Below are positions 1 to 14,949 of a stretch of DNA of 64,000 bases, piece by piece. Position 1 is the stretch's first letter. Each line of letters starts with the position of its first letter. Origin of the DNA: Balanoglossus misakiensis (lineage: Eukaryota; Animalia; Hemichordata); assembly GCA_040954595.2 (NCBI GenBank), contig CM082580.2:6517519-6581518 (forward strand), read 5' to 3'. Made by a program: the position numbers and the translations under genes. A model generated the notes under the pieces. That model had not been told where the DNA came from. It ran no database searches and worked only from the letters and a program-made list of their open reading frames with translations.

Positions 1-331
1 TTCTTGATCGACTGCATCCTTACTGCACAGAAACGTGGGGATACTTTATTATTTGTTGGGGTAACAAATGACTACTGTTAAAACGGTTTCTTTTGTTGCA
101 AATTAAGTCTCTTCTGATGTTGCTTATTCACACAAAGTGATCGTGCCGGGCAACGCCAAATGGAACAAAGTCTGCACAATGACGTCTGATAAAAGAAGTT
201 ACCTTTGAAAGAGTTCATAAAACTAGAATGGTATTGAGCCTGGATAACCGAGATTATGCCACCTGTGGCATTCCACGGCGCTCTAAAGTCTTTCTGAGCC
301 ACTCGGTAATTTTTCACCCGCTGGAGAAGTC

Positions 332-434
332 ATTCTACGTGTACATAGATTGTAGCTAACCTAGCTAGGAGGACTGACCACACCCCCCTAGCTAGGTTAG
401 AATTATCCGCGCCTACAATCTCTGTACGGAGAAT
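332..434. repeat. ~100-bp imperfect palindrome (tiny MITE-like hairpin)
   Basis: ATTCTACGTGTACATAGATTGTAG-CTAACCTAGCTAGG (332-369) pairs with CCTAGCTAGGTTAG...CTACAATCTCTGTACGGAGAAT (387-434), with a 12-nt bulge on the right arm. No clear TSD. Confidence 0.6.
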
Positions 435-1011
435 ACCAGTACTGACTGGTGTCCGCGTGATGTGAATACATGTATTATAATCGTCTTTTGAGGATGTTGT
501 CTGCAAAAATGGAGTTTACTAGGAACAGGAAGAAGTATTGTCAAAAGTTACAGCCCGTTAATTCATCGAAAACAACTTTGGTGCTGCAATTCTCTGTTAT
601 ATAATTGTAGAATCTGGCGGCAGTACCCTAACTACGTATTTCATAGCTGAGAGGCAAGCTTTCCCTGCCCTTTGCAAACTCAATTAACCGATCAATCGGT
701 CTCAGTCTCAATGCCCACAAAGTGCGTAAAATCGGGCTTCAAGTTACATTCACATTTTAAAGGGTCGTGCCTAATTTTAAAGCGAATCTTGCTGCCTTCA
801 GGATACGAGATAAGTAATTCGCTTTTGAAGTAACCATTTCTCTGTTAATTATCAAGCTCTGAATCCCCTAAAACTAAAAAATTTCTGAAAGCTTAGACAT
901 AGGAGAACATTCTGGTTCTTCAGTGTGACCATTGTTTGCGCAACTATCACGTGACAAGCAATTCTATTAACCTTTCAAAAACCAGTTTTCTCGATGTTTG
1001 GTGTTAACGCA

Positions 1012-1270
<259 letters not shown>

Positions 1271-1385
1271 TCAACTGCTGGTCTAGGGCGACCTCGACCT
1301 GCATGTCATTGCCATTGAATGCATGACCTCGATCGACGTTACATGCACTAAATGTTAAGGTACATTATTATTGCTGACTGTCGCA

Positions 1386-3943
1386 ATGCTGGCTGCCATC
1401 GCAAGAGCATCGGGCCGCTGTCGGTCAATTTTACAGCTATCGCGATGCCTCCGACCTGGTCGAGAATCCGCAAAACCGCCTTCGCAGTGGCTGAGAGCGA
1501 TATCGACCATACAGCGTTGCGATGATGGCACACACACCGTTGGTAAACAGGCCTACTATGTCCGCAACCTTGCGTCGTACGTCGCCCCACCCAGTGCTAC
1601 TAGCAGCGACGGACCCGTCGCCAAAGGGTCGACGATTTGCACCTCTTCCAAGATGGTTCTCTTGGAATGGAACGACGGCACGGTTTCGAGATACCCCTTC
1701 GTGTGGCTGCGCGATAACTGTCGCTGCACGTCGTGTTATCACCAAGAAACGCAGTGTCGGATCGGCCTAATTGAAAATCTGGACGTGGACATTGAACCGA
1801 GCGACGTTGCATTGTCCGATGGCGGGGCCAGAGTGACCGTCCACTGGCCGGATGACCACCAGTCCCCGTTCGAAACCGGCCTACTGAAGGAGGTGACGTT
1901 CAAAGATGAAGACCAAAAGAAAAACACCCGAATGTGGGGATCAAAACTTAACATGCCTACGTTTCATTATGACGAAATTATGACCGATGACACGGCTTTG
2001 CTCAATTTTCTGGAAGAAGTGAGAGACCTGGGAATAGCCATGGCAAAAGGAGTTCCCAAGGAAACGGGACATGTAGCTAATCTTGCGAACCGAATATCAC
2101 ACATGAAACTCACCGTTTACGGGTAGGTTGTTTTATTCACATTAACTGTCGATTCCCTTTAATACCCCCTGTTGTTTAGGTGACCCCGCCCTACCCTTGA
2201 GTCTTTTGTAGCCTTGAAGTTCTCATGCAGTGATAATAATACACTTCCGGGGTATCCCCAGGTCGACGTCAAGAATAAATGCACATAGTATATATGTTCA
2301 GTGTATATATGTGGATGCAGACGTCAATAGTTTAACGCATACACGGCAATTGTTTCCTTGTAGTACATGTAAATAACATTAAAGGGACATTAGCTGTAAC
2401 TTGTGGCTTAATCTTTAGTATTTTTGTTCTGCTCCAAACAGCATGCTAATATGCCCAGCCCTCCACTTGTCAGCATATAGCCCATATATGTGTGCAACGG
2501 CCATTGTTGGATTCTAGTCCGGACTTGAATTCAAAATGTGCACACGACAATGCTGTTTATTACGTATACGTTGATTTAACGACATTTCATCATGCGTCAG
2601 AGATTTGTACACGAAACTGCGGTAGATACACGAAACGAAAATGCCGTAAACATGGCGAAAAGTTACAGCTAATGGAGCTTTAATCTTTGCCGTTACAGGA
2701 ATACCTATGATGTAAAATTCGAAGTTGATGCTTACACTTTGGCGAGCACAGGACACAAACTCAGCCTCCACACAGACATGCCCCATTACAAGTATACACC
2801 TAACGTAAGCTACATAATAGTTCGGTTTCTTTTTACAATCATCTGTTTGTTACGCTGTTTTTGGAACAATTCAAACCCGACAAACTGGATTGGCTCAAGT
2901 CTACTAATATATTGTCGCTTTCAAGGCCAATTAAGCGAATACGACTCGATTTGATTTTTAGTGAGAAATTCGTTTGAAGTCTTAACGACTCGTTAAATAC
3001 ACACAGATCAACCTGTTTCACTGCATACGACAAAGCGGCGGTACCACTGGAGGAGAGAGTGTGTTTGTCGATGGCTTCAAGACCGCCTTGCAGCTGAAGG
3101 AGGAGGACCCGGAAGCCTTCGAGATTCTCTGCAACACTCACTGTGACTTCATCGAGAAGGGTGTCGCCACCACCAAGTATTACACCAAGAGTTCTTGGCC
3201 AATTTTCAGGTATACGTTTATCACATTGATATCCCGCGTGACACAGTCTTCATCCGCTCGGTGTATCTGTTCATATGCCGACACTTACATGTGCAAAGCA
3301 CATTGAGAAGGTCAACGTCAAAAATGTGTGTAATAAAATATGTGTAAAGGCATGAGCAAGTACGGGTGTCGACATTCACGTTGCGTTTGCCCATCTTTCA
3401 GCTTTGACAGGTATGGGAATATAGAAATGGTGCATTACAGCAACATAGTGCGCGATCCTAGAATGCGCATGCCAGTGGAGAGAGTGCACCAATACTACAG
3501 AGCCATCAAGAAGTTCGACGATCTTATTCACAGGGACGAAAATGCCGTCGTCTATCGTATGAAGCCTGGTAAATATGTGTAAACCCACGTGGTTATGATG
3601 AAATATATTACTCATGTGATTTCTCGTCTTGCACATCGAAGGGAGTGGTGTCTTCGTACTCGTGTATACTTCAGTATGGATAATTCAAGAACAGACATGC
3701 AAGGGGTTGTACGTGTTGTGTGTACGTCCTGAAAAACTACATCACAATGTTGTCGTTGTTCGTTCTTTTTTAGGTGACATGCTCATGTTCGTCAACACCC
3801 GCATTCTTCACGCGAGGAAGGCGTTCCCGGTAACCAGGGATTCGGCGCGCCACCTGGAGACCACCTGCATGGACTGGGATGGCGTGTATTCCAGGATCCG
3901 CTGCCTCAGGGAGAGTCTGGGCATGCCCTTCCACGAATATTGA
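1386..3943 (+). CDS. BBOX1: Gamma-butyrobetaine dioxygenase-like (Fe(II)/2OG oxygenase, BBOX/TMLH family), paralog 1, 5 coding exons
   Basis: Exons 1386-2122, 2699-2804, 3007-3209, 3402-3568, 3774-3943, all GT-AG and phase-consistent. Motifs: Zn-binding WLRDNCRCxxC...WPDDH, Fe ligands HTD (SLHTDMP) and distal H (RILHAR), GGESVFVDGF, C-terminal DWD. ATG 1386, TGA 3941-3943. The symbol means BBOX1-like. Confidence 0.92.
2383..2679. mobile_element. Non-autonomous Kolobok-type MITE in intron 1 of BBOX paralog 1
   Basis: TTAA on both sides (2379-2382, 2680-2683). TIRs AGGGACATTAGCTGTAACTT / AAGTTACAGCTAATGGAGCT. AG...CT termini with a TTAA target are typical of Kolobok. Confidence 0.75.
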
Positions 3944-4137
3944 CAGAGGCCAAGGCCAATGTGGGGCCACAACGGTCGTCAGGGCAACCTCACGGATCTC
4001 CGACATCTTCACTTGAACTTGCCGATACGAACTGGCGCCGTCGGACGGCGAAAACTGGCCCAAGGGAGGGACGTTATTCACTCTCGCACATACATTGTAT
4101 TTTGTGGAGATCACATCGTAGATATATCAAGGCCTAA

Positions 4138-5224
4138 GGGACTGTCCAGAATTTACTTCCAGGGTGGGGCTGGAGGATTTCTTATTTTCCTGGTGAATTT
4201 TTTCCATTGCCCCCCTTTGTAAATTGTGGAGGAAATCTGTGGCCCCCCCGTAAATTTCCTGTTTTTTTTCCATGACCCCCCCCCCAATATATACATGCAT
4301 GCTTACCGGTACAGACTACGACACATACAGTCTGATAAGGCTGCATTTACAAACACCTCTGGAAGGGGGGGGGGGAGAATTAAATTTTTTTTACCGTTAA
4401 TTTTCACATGCCCCCCGTACACAACCCGAAATATTTTCAAATCCCCCTCTTCCGAACAGCTTAAAATTTTGAAATCCCACCCCCATTTTCTTTCACACAG
4501 CAAAACACATCACCTATCTATCTTGTAAAAAAGAAAAACAGCGCTCCCATGAAAAGAATTTTAAACTGATGTTTTTCCTCATCAGTGGATATTAAAACTG
4601 AACATTGTTTATATTTGTTAAGTATTTGTATTCTGTGTTGGCAGATATTGTAAACCGAGAAGTGAAGGGGGTGGGTTTGGGAGGGGGTGTCCCCCTCCCC
4701 TGTTAGAAAATTTTATAAAATACAGAGCCCAAAGCTGCATTTTAATGAACCCAAAAGCAAATTAACTTTTTATATACATATATGAATGATTGATGAGAAA
4801 ATTAACGAATTCTAGTCTGGACTTGAATTGAGCTCGTCAACAGTAACAACACTGACTGTTCACTGTACATTTATGGTCTGTGCTGGCAGGCCAAATACTG
4901 GGCATTTTATTATGCTTCACAGAGTAGAACAAGAAACTGTAGTAGATATACAAAATAACCCACCGTAAAAATTACCGGAAATTCAAGCTTATGAAGATTT
5001 AATGCACTTGTGGAGTTCATCTGTCATCCAGGTAGCCATGGTGGTTTGTTTCTTATAAATCAGTACTTCTGGGCAAATATTGAGTTTGTGAGAGTTTTTT
5101 ACATGGCCCCCCCTAAAGGATTGTGATTTTTATGTCTGACCCCCCCTAATTTTTCTTGGGGAAAATGGGTGGCCCCCCCTGAAAATCCTCCAGCCCCCCC
5201 TGGAAGTAAATTCTGGACAGTCCC
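4138..5224. mobile_element. PIF/Harbinger-type non-autonomous element (~1.09 kb)
   Basis: ~43-bp TIRs GGGACTGTCCAGAATTTACTTCCAGGG(T/G)GGGGCTGGAGGATTT, with 3-bp TAA direct repeats at 4135-4137 and 5225-5227. No coding capacity. Confidence 0.85.
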
Positions 5225-5726
5225 TAATCATATTGCGTATCATTTTGTTGAATCGTCGGAAAACATTCCGGTTAATGCATACCTTCGACAATCAAAGTTA
5301 GACTTATCTGGCATACGTGGATATAGATTAAAATGTCATCTGAACAAGAAACGTAAACAATAGGGTGAAGATGCACTCGGGTTTCCCCTGAATTGGAGTA
5401 TCATGTTTGTAACTGTAAGACGCGATTGCTGTGTGCGACTGGTGTACTGGTTCTATAGCTTTAGAGGTTAGAAGTGGGTTCGGAGCTAGAAAGGGGCCAT
5501 TGAAGCCCCAACAGCTGCCGATTTTAGCATATTTTAATCGATAAAATATTTCAATCGGCTCCTTATCCTTAGAAGAAAACCGATGCACTGTTGTACCTGT
5601 GGAGATTCCACGTGCGCATACCACGACAGTTGTGTTATCGCATAGATGATCTTTCGCGTCTGTTCGTCCGCTTTGTCAATACAAACAGAATGGACCTAAA
5701 AATAAGTACAAAGGCATGGTTTTTTG

Positions 5727-5811
5727 CAATCTGATTAAAATCAGATGTAGGGAACGGCGACGTTTTCTTTTATGCTGTCGCCGTTCCCTACATCTGATTT
5801 TAATCAGATTG
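5727..5811. repeat. Perfect 35-bp inverted repeat with 15-nt loop
   Basis: CAATCTGATTAAAATCAGATGTAGGGAACGGCGAC (5727-5761) is the exact reverse complement of 5777-5811. Confidence 0.95.
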
Positions 5812-5929
5812 TTTTTTTTTGTTGCAACGCTCAGAACTGATTTCTGAGTATTTGGAAAACTGATCCACGTATTACAATAAGGGATGGTGATGTGGCTTTG
5901 AGGTATCCCTGACAGGCGAGGACATTTTC

Positions 5930-5972
5930 CTATTGGTTCGAGTTCTACCGTGGAGGTCGCTCAATATAAAAA
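5930..5972 (+). promoter_or_regulatory. Putative core promoter of BBOX paralog 2 (inverted CCAAT + TATA)
   Basis: ATTGG at 5932-5936 and TATAAAAA at 5965-5972, ~150 bp upstream of ATG 6121. Motif match only. Confidence 0.35.
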
Positions 5973-6120
5973 CTGCGATTACGTAACAACTGCATGCGCC
6001 ATAGCAGACCCAGCACAGGCGCTGTGTTGTTAACGTTTGCGTGTCAAGGACAAAGTTCGCTTCAGTTCCCAGTGATCGACAGTAAGCGGACTTTGTCCCA
6101 ATTAACCAGTTGCAGAAAAT

Positions 6121-9769
<3,649 letters not shown>

Positions 9770-10589
9770 GCAGATGAGTGACATCGAGACCATTATGGAC
9801 CGCGAGGGCCATCTACCTCACAGATCAACTTCTCACACCTGGTGGCGCTATACTTCGCGTCATCGAGGCGTCGCGTTGCAGATCTGTGAAGTTGAGTTTG
9901 CATGTCGCGATATGCCACCAAGCGACGAAAATTTGAATACAGTGAAATCAGGGATTTGAAGATTCGCATATATATATTCTGGTGTTTCCATTGACTTAGT
10001 TATGCATATGTCATTTATGGGGTCGTTTGTATAACAACTTATAGGGTTGAATGAATAGCCATCACAGCTTATGGCTTGAACAACAATCAACATAAACTTT
10101 GTACAGTGCTTACACTGAAAGTAATTTGTGATAGATTCAAGCTTGTTGTGAAGTTATATCATGGCCATGGGACGCGGAAAAACGGGCGAAGTTTGCCATG
10201 GCCATGAATGAGTTCACAAAGAAATCCAAATGAATTGTAGAAGAAAAAACATAGTTCTGACGTAGACAAATCGATATTGGACATTTCTTGTCCGGAGATT
10301 AAGTGGAGAACAATCAAAATTGTGTCGCTTTTTGTAATAGCGAATGTGACTTCAGGTATTCCACCATTTTACTGAGAAATTAGATATTTTTATTCACGGC
10401 AGAAAACCGAAGAGACCGACCAGGAACACGAATATTTAAAAGATCTTTCAAGTAAACAGGAGCTTTGTTATGTAAAACTTTGTAAATGAAACGTAAAAGT
10501 TCAAACTCAGTTCGCTTATGAACAGGTAGCAAATGCAAAAGGCAAAAACAAACAAACTAACAAACAGTATAGGTTGAATATGATCTGAT

Positions 10590-10780
10590 TTCTAAGTTAG
10601 TAAGTGAGACCAAGCGTGTAGCAGAATTTTTATCGACTTCACAATTTCTTGAGTTGATAATTGATAAACCAAAACGTACACTGTTGTAATAATCAAGCCT
10701 GGATGTAATGAATGCATATACTAATTTTTCAGCTGTTGAATAACTGTCAAGAAGTTTGCGAATGTTACCAATCTTCCAAT
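10590..10780 (-). mobile_element. L2/CR1-group LINE RT C-terminal relic
   Basis: Translates KIGNIRKLLDSYSTAEKLVYAFITSRLDYYNSV...KNSATRLVS, homologous to RIGRIRNVLDRSNTERLVHAFVTSRIDYCNS...QNSVARLVT of the relic at 38299. Confidence 0.75.
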
Positions 10781-11073
10781 TCATATTCGCGTGATGGCGG
10801 ATCAGGCGCGGCGGCCACCTGTTGCATGGCAACCGGTTGCTGCAGGACGACAGGCAGTAGGATGGGCTGCTGCAGTCGCGACACTGGCATGAACGCGTAA
10901 GCCACGGCATCGCTGCTGCCGGCCATGACGGGTACTACTGTAACAGCTGTCGGCTTATGGTGGCGCCAGTCGACGTCGTAGTCGTCGTCGTCTTCCTCGT
11001 ATGGATGTACGCTGTTACTGTTCCTGGTACTCCAGATACGAGAAGTTTTTACAGGAGTCTGTTGATGACAAGG

Positions 11074-11117
<44 letters not shown>

Positions 11118-11708
11118 TTTCAAGTTTTTCATCGTGCTTTCTTAAATTTTATAGTATCCCTTGTTAAGCATTCTCATATGACGTACGAGTACATCAAAAA
11201 GAATAATTATACAAAATAAATCGCCTTGACTAAGGGTCTTATTCAGGTCCCCTCAATAGAATATGTTAAAATTTAAAGCGCGTTATCCATAAGGGGCTGA
11301 CATATACAATACATGTTGCATTGTATTTTCAAATATAGTACAGTATTTGTTTTCTTAATTTCGAGTCTCAGAGCAGGGCACAACACTACCGAGGAATTCG
11401 GTCTAAGATTGAAATAACCCGTCGCGACGAGAAGCGCGCGCTGAAGCAAACTTAGGCTAGTCGCGAGGCGAATACCATAGTTACCTCCTCGTCGTCCTGG
11501 CAACATTCCCAACCGAAGCAGGGTACAGCTGTCGCTAGAAACAGCAAAAGCGAGGAAACGGACACCGTGGCCATATAGATCAGAGAGCAGTCTGTCACCC
11601 CGACTGCATTGTACATGACGTAAATGTTCATCGATATCAACACACAGCAAGCTATGCACGCCATCGCCAAGATGATACTGAAGATCAGAAAGGTCGTTTC
11701 CTGAGGAA

Positions 11709-11740
<32 letters not shown>

Positions 11741-12392
11741 TCAAAGCAAACGTTGTTGTCTTGTACACGTCAAGTTCTCATATGTCTAACGAATGGGCCG
11801 GAGCTCTTGAATGTGTAGGCGTGACATGCGTCTACCTCACGATCACACTAACATAAATGACATTCGAGGGTATGTCGGTACTTACTTGAACAGATTGTCG
11901 GTATGCGATTACTATGCCGAACAATCCAACGAAAAGTGCCTGAAAATAAGCACATTATGCCCGTGGTATTATACCGTCAGCTACCTTTAAGTGTAGGTTT
12001 TTTGTGTGAATATTTTCGACGACTCAGAATTCAGATGCAACCGACCTTTGGATGCTTCGGCTGCTCATTTCGAAAATCGAGAACTCTGAGTAAAAATAGT
12101 TGCAATGAATGTTGAGAATAGTGTGTTTTGGCCACTTAGAAATGTTAGGAACAAGCACGTCGTCATTGAATTAAAACAAAACATGTACACATTTCTACAT
12201 TGTAGTTGTTGACGTCATATTCCTTCCACGACTCACCCATCCCGCAGTCCAGTATTGGGAATAATACAGCGGGTACATCAACAGCGAGTCACAGCCATAA
12301 AACTGCCCAACAATGGCGGTCGCCAGCAAAGATATGGCGAAAAACACCATACAGAAGCCGGCAGAGAACACCCTCTTGGTGGCGAACTTCAT
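10765..12392 (-). CDS. Four-transmembrane protein, MS4A/CD20-like topology, 239 aa, 4 coding exons
   Basis: Exons 12392-12237 (MKFATK...YWTAGW), 11939-11886 (ALFVGLFGIVIAYRQSVQ), 11700-11485 (ETTFLIFSIILAMACIACC...CCQDDEE), 11058-10765 (TPVKT...ELEDW*). All GT-AG and phase 0. Four hydrophobic helices, a YWxG motif before TM2 and a Pro/Gln-rich tail. A further acceptor at 12455 implies a 5'UTR intron. Confidence 0.8.
11075..11115. repeat. (ATCA)n microsatellite
   Basis: Ten ATCA units next to the acceptor of the last exon of the tetraspan gene. Confidence 0.95.
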
Positions 12393-14941
12393 CTCGGTGC
12401 ATGCGCGGCCGTCACGCCGGGTCTGGGGGTCTGGTTCGGTCAGACGTGTTCAATCTACAGCGCAAGACAAAGATGAAGTGACTGAAGCAACTATAGACCG
12501 TCCACGTGGCAAAAATGATATACTCGGCGTCACGGTCACGGCCATCAATTCGTGTCTACATCATGATACTTTTCAAGATGTCCCGGTTCACCTTGAGCAG
12601 TACGGCTGAGCTGGCCCTCAACTAATTCGATAATCCCGGTAATCGCATTCTTTTTTGTCGATGTTAGGGCCTACGCAAATCGCACGTATACTTTGATTTG
12701 GTAGAGAGCGCGGTAAACATTATTTCAAAATCTTGACAAAATAACAGTCGGTTAATCGATCGAGTCGTAGATTTATTACGGACATTCTTTTGTCGGTACG
12801 GTGTGGCTTGTTCGACGCATGCAATGACCACTGACTCTAATATTGACTTTCTTGACAACATGTCAGAGAATCACGGGATTAATGGAGTTTAAGTATCTTG
12901 GCGCACTCTCCACCTGTAATTTTAAAACGCCAGATACCCGGACACTTCAAATGTTGCTCAACCTCATGATCACCCGCAACACAAACCGGTATCTGGAATT
13001 TATGACAAAAACTCAGTATACTCAAGTCGGTTTTTGCTTCGGTGCTCACAGGGAAGTAATCACTGACTGACTGACTGACTGTCTGTCTATCCTGTCTGCG
13101 TACATGCTTGGGAATGCATACACTGCCTATCCATACAAAGATTCTTGTTCATCGGAGTGTCCGTCCGTCTGTCTGTCTGTCTACCCAATGCTTATAAAGA
13201 TCATTAGAGTGCTTGTCTGTATGTCTGCCTGTCTGTCTGTCTGGCAGTGCCTGTCTGTCTGTCTACCAAACGCATACAAAGATACCCGGAAACACGCTAG
13301 ATCACTGACACCTTATGGAATTTAGATGTCACCTCATGTAGAATATATTCCCGGACACTGCCACCCCACCCCACCCCACCCCAATGAGTATTAAATGATA
13401 TACCACGGGTAATTAGGCTACTAACCGAATTGCGTGATGAAGTGGACTTTATAGCGAATTCGTGAGTAGCAACTTAAAGTGTCGTAAAATCTAATCGATT
13501 TTCAATGTGATTTATGTCCCCTTTTCTACATACTTTTCTTTGTCTTTCACATTTATAAATACATGTACATTATGTAGGTAAACATTGGCAACAACTGCAG
13601 TATTTTCGTCCGTAGGTCTAATTATTTTCAAGTGCATTTCTTTCACATAAGGTAACATAACAGCATAACATATCAAAACGGAGGAGAAACTAAAACTGAA
13701 GTTGAAATGTAAATATGTTCGGAAACAATCGGAAAATCGGTAATACATTTTTTACGCTCCCACAGTACAGCAATACAGTTATTGTCAATACTCAGAAAAG
13801 GGTACGTGCTGTCAACACTTTTACGCAAACATGTTATTTTGAGAGCATTATCCTTGTTTTGTCAGTCACGCATATTTTCTGTGCGGTCAATGATCTGATT
13901 AACACGGACAATTTTGACTGATGCGTCAGTGAAACTGTTACACAAGTTCCTTGTAGAACTGAATCCCACCTTCCATCACCTGGGCCCCGGGCGCCCATGT
14001 CCTCAACAAGACACAATGTCGTGGCACTGACATGAGCGATACGAAATTCTGCTGGGACTTGCCAATTTTGGTCTGATGCACAGACATACACGCTACTTTG
14101 GTGTTAATGGTTTAAAGCCCACACTCGTATTAAACCTTGCGGGAAGTTAATATAGTTGTAGTTTCCCCATGAAATCAGTCTTGCTAAACCTTACCTTTTG
14201 AAAGCTCACTCTGTCGCAGATGTCCTTAGCCCTTAAAATCCCATGTCTACCGAGCTTCTGCGCCGCTTTCGTTTTAGTCGGTGGCAAGGAAGGGCGTTAT
14301 CAGTCTATACGGACGTCAAATGCGAATTCAGATGAAGTCAAAGCACGAGTCGCAATAAATCATAGTATTGATTAAAATGCCATAAACCCCCACACCCAGC
14401 TCGAATTTATAGCTGCGAGAGTGAGGAAATGCAACCTCACTTGAGAATGTTTAACCGCATTTCTTGAAAATCCTGTTCGGACAACGTTACCCTCTCCCCC
14501 ATTGTATGTTACTAATATGAGCATACATATTATGCCTTGTCAATCCTCGTGTTTGGTTAGTTGTTTTCAGTGAAGTGTCCGCCGTCAGTGACAAAAAATC
14601 TCGACAACTATTTCCAGACCCACAGGTGACTTTATTGGTTCTATAGCACGCATGCCCTTTGGATGTGCTTGAGAGTTCACCGCCGGCAATTTCAATTAAA
14701 CTGGCCGTATCACAAAGCTCATACAATCTTCAGTGACAAATCATGGTGGCAACACTGGAATGCCTTGATGTATTTCGCTTTCGCAATTTTTACTTCACCG
14801 GGAAACTAAAAATCCTCAAAGCTTCAAATCCTTACCGTTTTGTTTACTGGGGCTAGTTGATCAACCAATGAACCCGCACGGTAATCAAACAGTCATTCTA
14901 AAGTCTACGTAATTGAAAAAACGTTGCACTTTCACATAGCG

Positions 14942-14949
14942 CCGGAAGT
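14942..14949 (+). promoter_or_regulatory. ETS/GABP-type site CCGGAAGT in the presumptive JMJD6 (possibly bidirectional) promoter
   Basis: Exact motif ~630 bp upstream of the JMJD6 ATG. Motif match only. Confidence 0.3.

Noticed and set aside
78-317. 79-aa minus-strand ORF
   Set aside because: No recognisable motif; cannot be supported as coding from this window.
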